Shown here piece by piece: positions 42,750-43,502 of a stretch of DNA of 43,502 bases. The first letter of the stretch is position 1; each line of letters opens with the position of its first letter. The DNA is from Candidatus Micrarchaeia archaeon (GTDB lineage Archaea > Micrarchaeota > Micrarchaeia > Anstonellales > Bilamarchaeaceae), in the NCBI GenBank assembly GCA_041650355.1, contig JBAZLI010000001.1, positions 1-43,502 of the forward strand, in the 5' to 3' direction. The notes beneath the pieces were generated by a model. It saw only the letters and a program-made list of their open reading frames with translations. It did no database searches and had not been told where the DNA came from. Both the position numbers and the translations under genes were made by a program.

Positions 42750-43502
42750 ATCAATCTCTCCAGGCCCGCTATGGCCAGCTCCCCGCCAAGGGCTGATGAA
42801 AGGCTCCTTGCAACGAGGATTGTGAATCCGCCCACGAACACCGCTTCCATTATGGGGAGCGCGGACGCGCTGCTCACCGGTATTATCAAATGGTTCATTA
42901 CTATGTCGTGTATCGCGCCCGCGTCTGCCCCTATCGCGCTCTGCATCCGCTGGGAAGCCGAAACCATCGCAGCCGAGGATACGAGCATGAGCGCCATCTG
43001 GGTGAAATTGTAGAACTGGTACGAGATTCCCCACCAGCACCACCCTGCTATGGGCGCGAGGCAATGCCACAGGCCGGTCAGCAGACAGCACGCGAGGCAG
43101 AGCGGGATGCATATTATTGCCCACCAGCCCCATTCGCTCAAAGATGTGAACACTCTTATGAAATCGTTGGTGCACAAGCCCACGAGGAAAGATGGGAGGT
43201 GGAGGGAAACTTTCCCCAGGTCCTCGGCGGTTATCATCGAGTGCTGAACATCCACGTTGTCGTGAATTTCCGCAGCTAGCGCCATCGCGAACGGGTACGC
43301 GAATATTCCTGCTATCGCGAGGCCGAGCAGGGTCCCGCCTATCTTCCTGGTGAAAGGTATGAAACGGAGCGCGAAGCCTATGGGCAGTATCGCGGTGATG
43401 GATATGCTGAACAGGAAGCGCATGAAAAGAATCATCGCCTCGTAGACCAGGATTCCTGTGGAGATGTTGGACGCGAGCACAGAAAGGGACTGCATGAGCC
43501 CG
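42746..43502 (-). CDS. Polytopic membrane protein, paralog A (5'-truncated by the window edge)
   Basis: The frame stays open to the window end. The signature is LPIGFALRFIPFTRKIGGTLLGLAIAGIFAYP and the tail is GGELAIAGLERLI. The other paralogs have 230+ aa before the signature, so the true start lies beyond 43502. Confidence 0.8.
   Translation of the reverse strand, partial: GLMQSLSVLASNISTGILVYEAMILFMRFLFSISITAILPIGFALRFIPFTRKIGGTLLGLAIAGIFAYPFAMALAAEIHDNVDVQHSMITAEDLGKVSLHLPSFLVGLCTNDFIRVFTSLSEWGWWAIICIPLCLACCLLTGLWHCLAPIAGWCWWGISYQFYNFTQMALMLVSSAAMVSASQRMQSAIGADAGAIHDIVMNHLIIPVSSASALPIMEAVFVGGFTILVARSLSSALGGELAIAGLERLI

Noticed and set aside
22407-43502. Integrated virus or plasmid as an explanation for the large cluster
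   Set aside because: I see no integrase, capsid, terminase, replication or partition genes, no flanking tRNA and no att-like repeats within the window. Only the giant's tail-coding part shows a modest GC drop, which its K/E/Q/N-rich composition can explain. This cannot be fully excluded without the upstream sequence.

Overview
This is an archaeal chromosomal window. Diagnostic genes are aCPSF1/FttA, proteasome beta, TFE-alpha, aTrm56 and pyruvoyl arginine decarboxylase. It is moderately GC-rich with strong third-position bias, so most long ORFs in the six-frame track are antisense shadows of real genes. I found no rRNA, tRNA, CRISPR array, transposase or integrase.

Positions 1-22,000 are compact housekeeping and accessory genes: gpt-like PRTase, a DUF2085 protein, aCPSF1, psmB, tsaC/sua5-like, pyrI-pyrB, a PadR-controlled MacB-type ABC transporter operon that includes an anchored beta-sandwich protein, MarC, RecJ-like DHH, pdaD, YchF-type GTPase, NUDIX, TFE-alpha, a CPA2 antiporter, an LbH acyltransferase, aTrm56 and a GNAT.

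Positions 22,072-43,502 are all on the minus strand and run off the window edge. They form one tightly packed, translationally coupled cluster, with repeated ATGA/GTGA start-stop overlaps. It encodes at least six paralogs of an unrecognised polytopic membrane-protein family. The paralogs share a P-x-G-x3-R-x4-T-R-x2-G signature, and five of the six also share a conserved C-terminal tail. Two paralogs are expanded by large extracellular modules. The cluster also encodes a ~1292-aa protein with about 60 cysteines and a lipobox-like signal, a 2659-aa single-pass giant (Cys-rich beta-helix ectodomain, 1428-aa cysteine-free cytoplasmic tail) and a triple zinc-ribbon protein. No ATPase, pilin or known secretion component is visible in the window. 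This cluster is my candidate for an undescribed archaeal envelope, secretion or cell-contact system.

Secondary points of interest are a TFE-alpha with a ~155-aa Lys-rich N-terminal extension, a perfect 22-bp palindrome over the padR/marC divergent promoter, and a repeat-rich 230-nt intergenic region.
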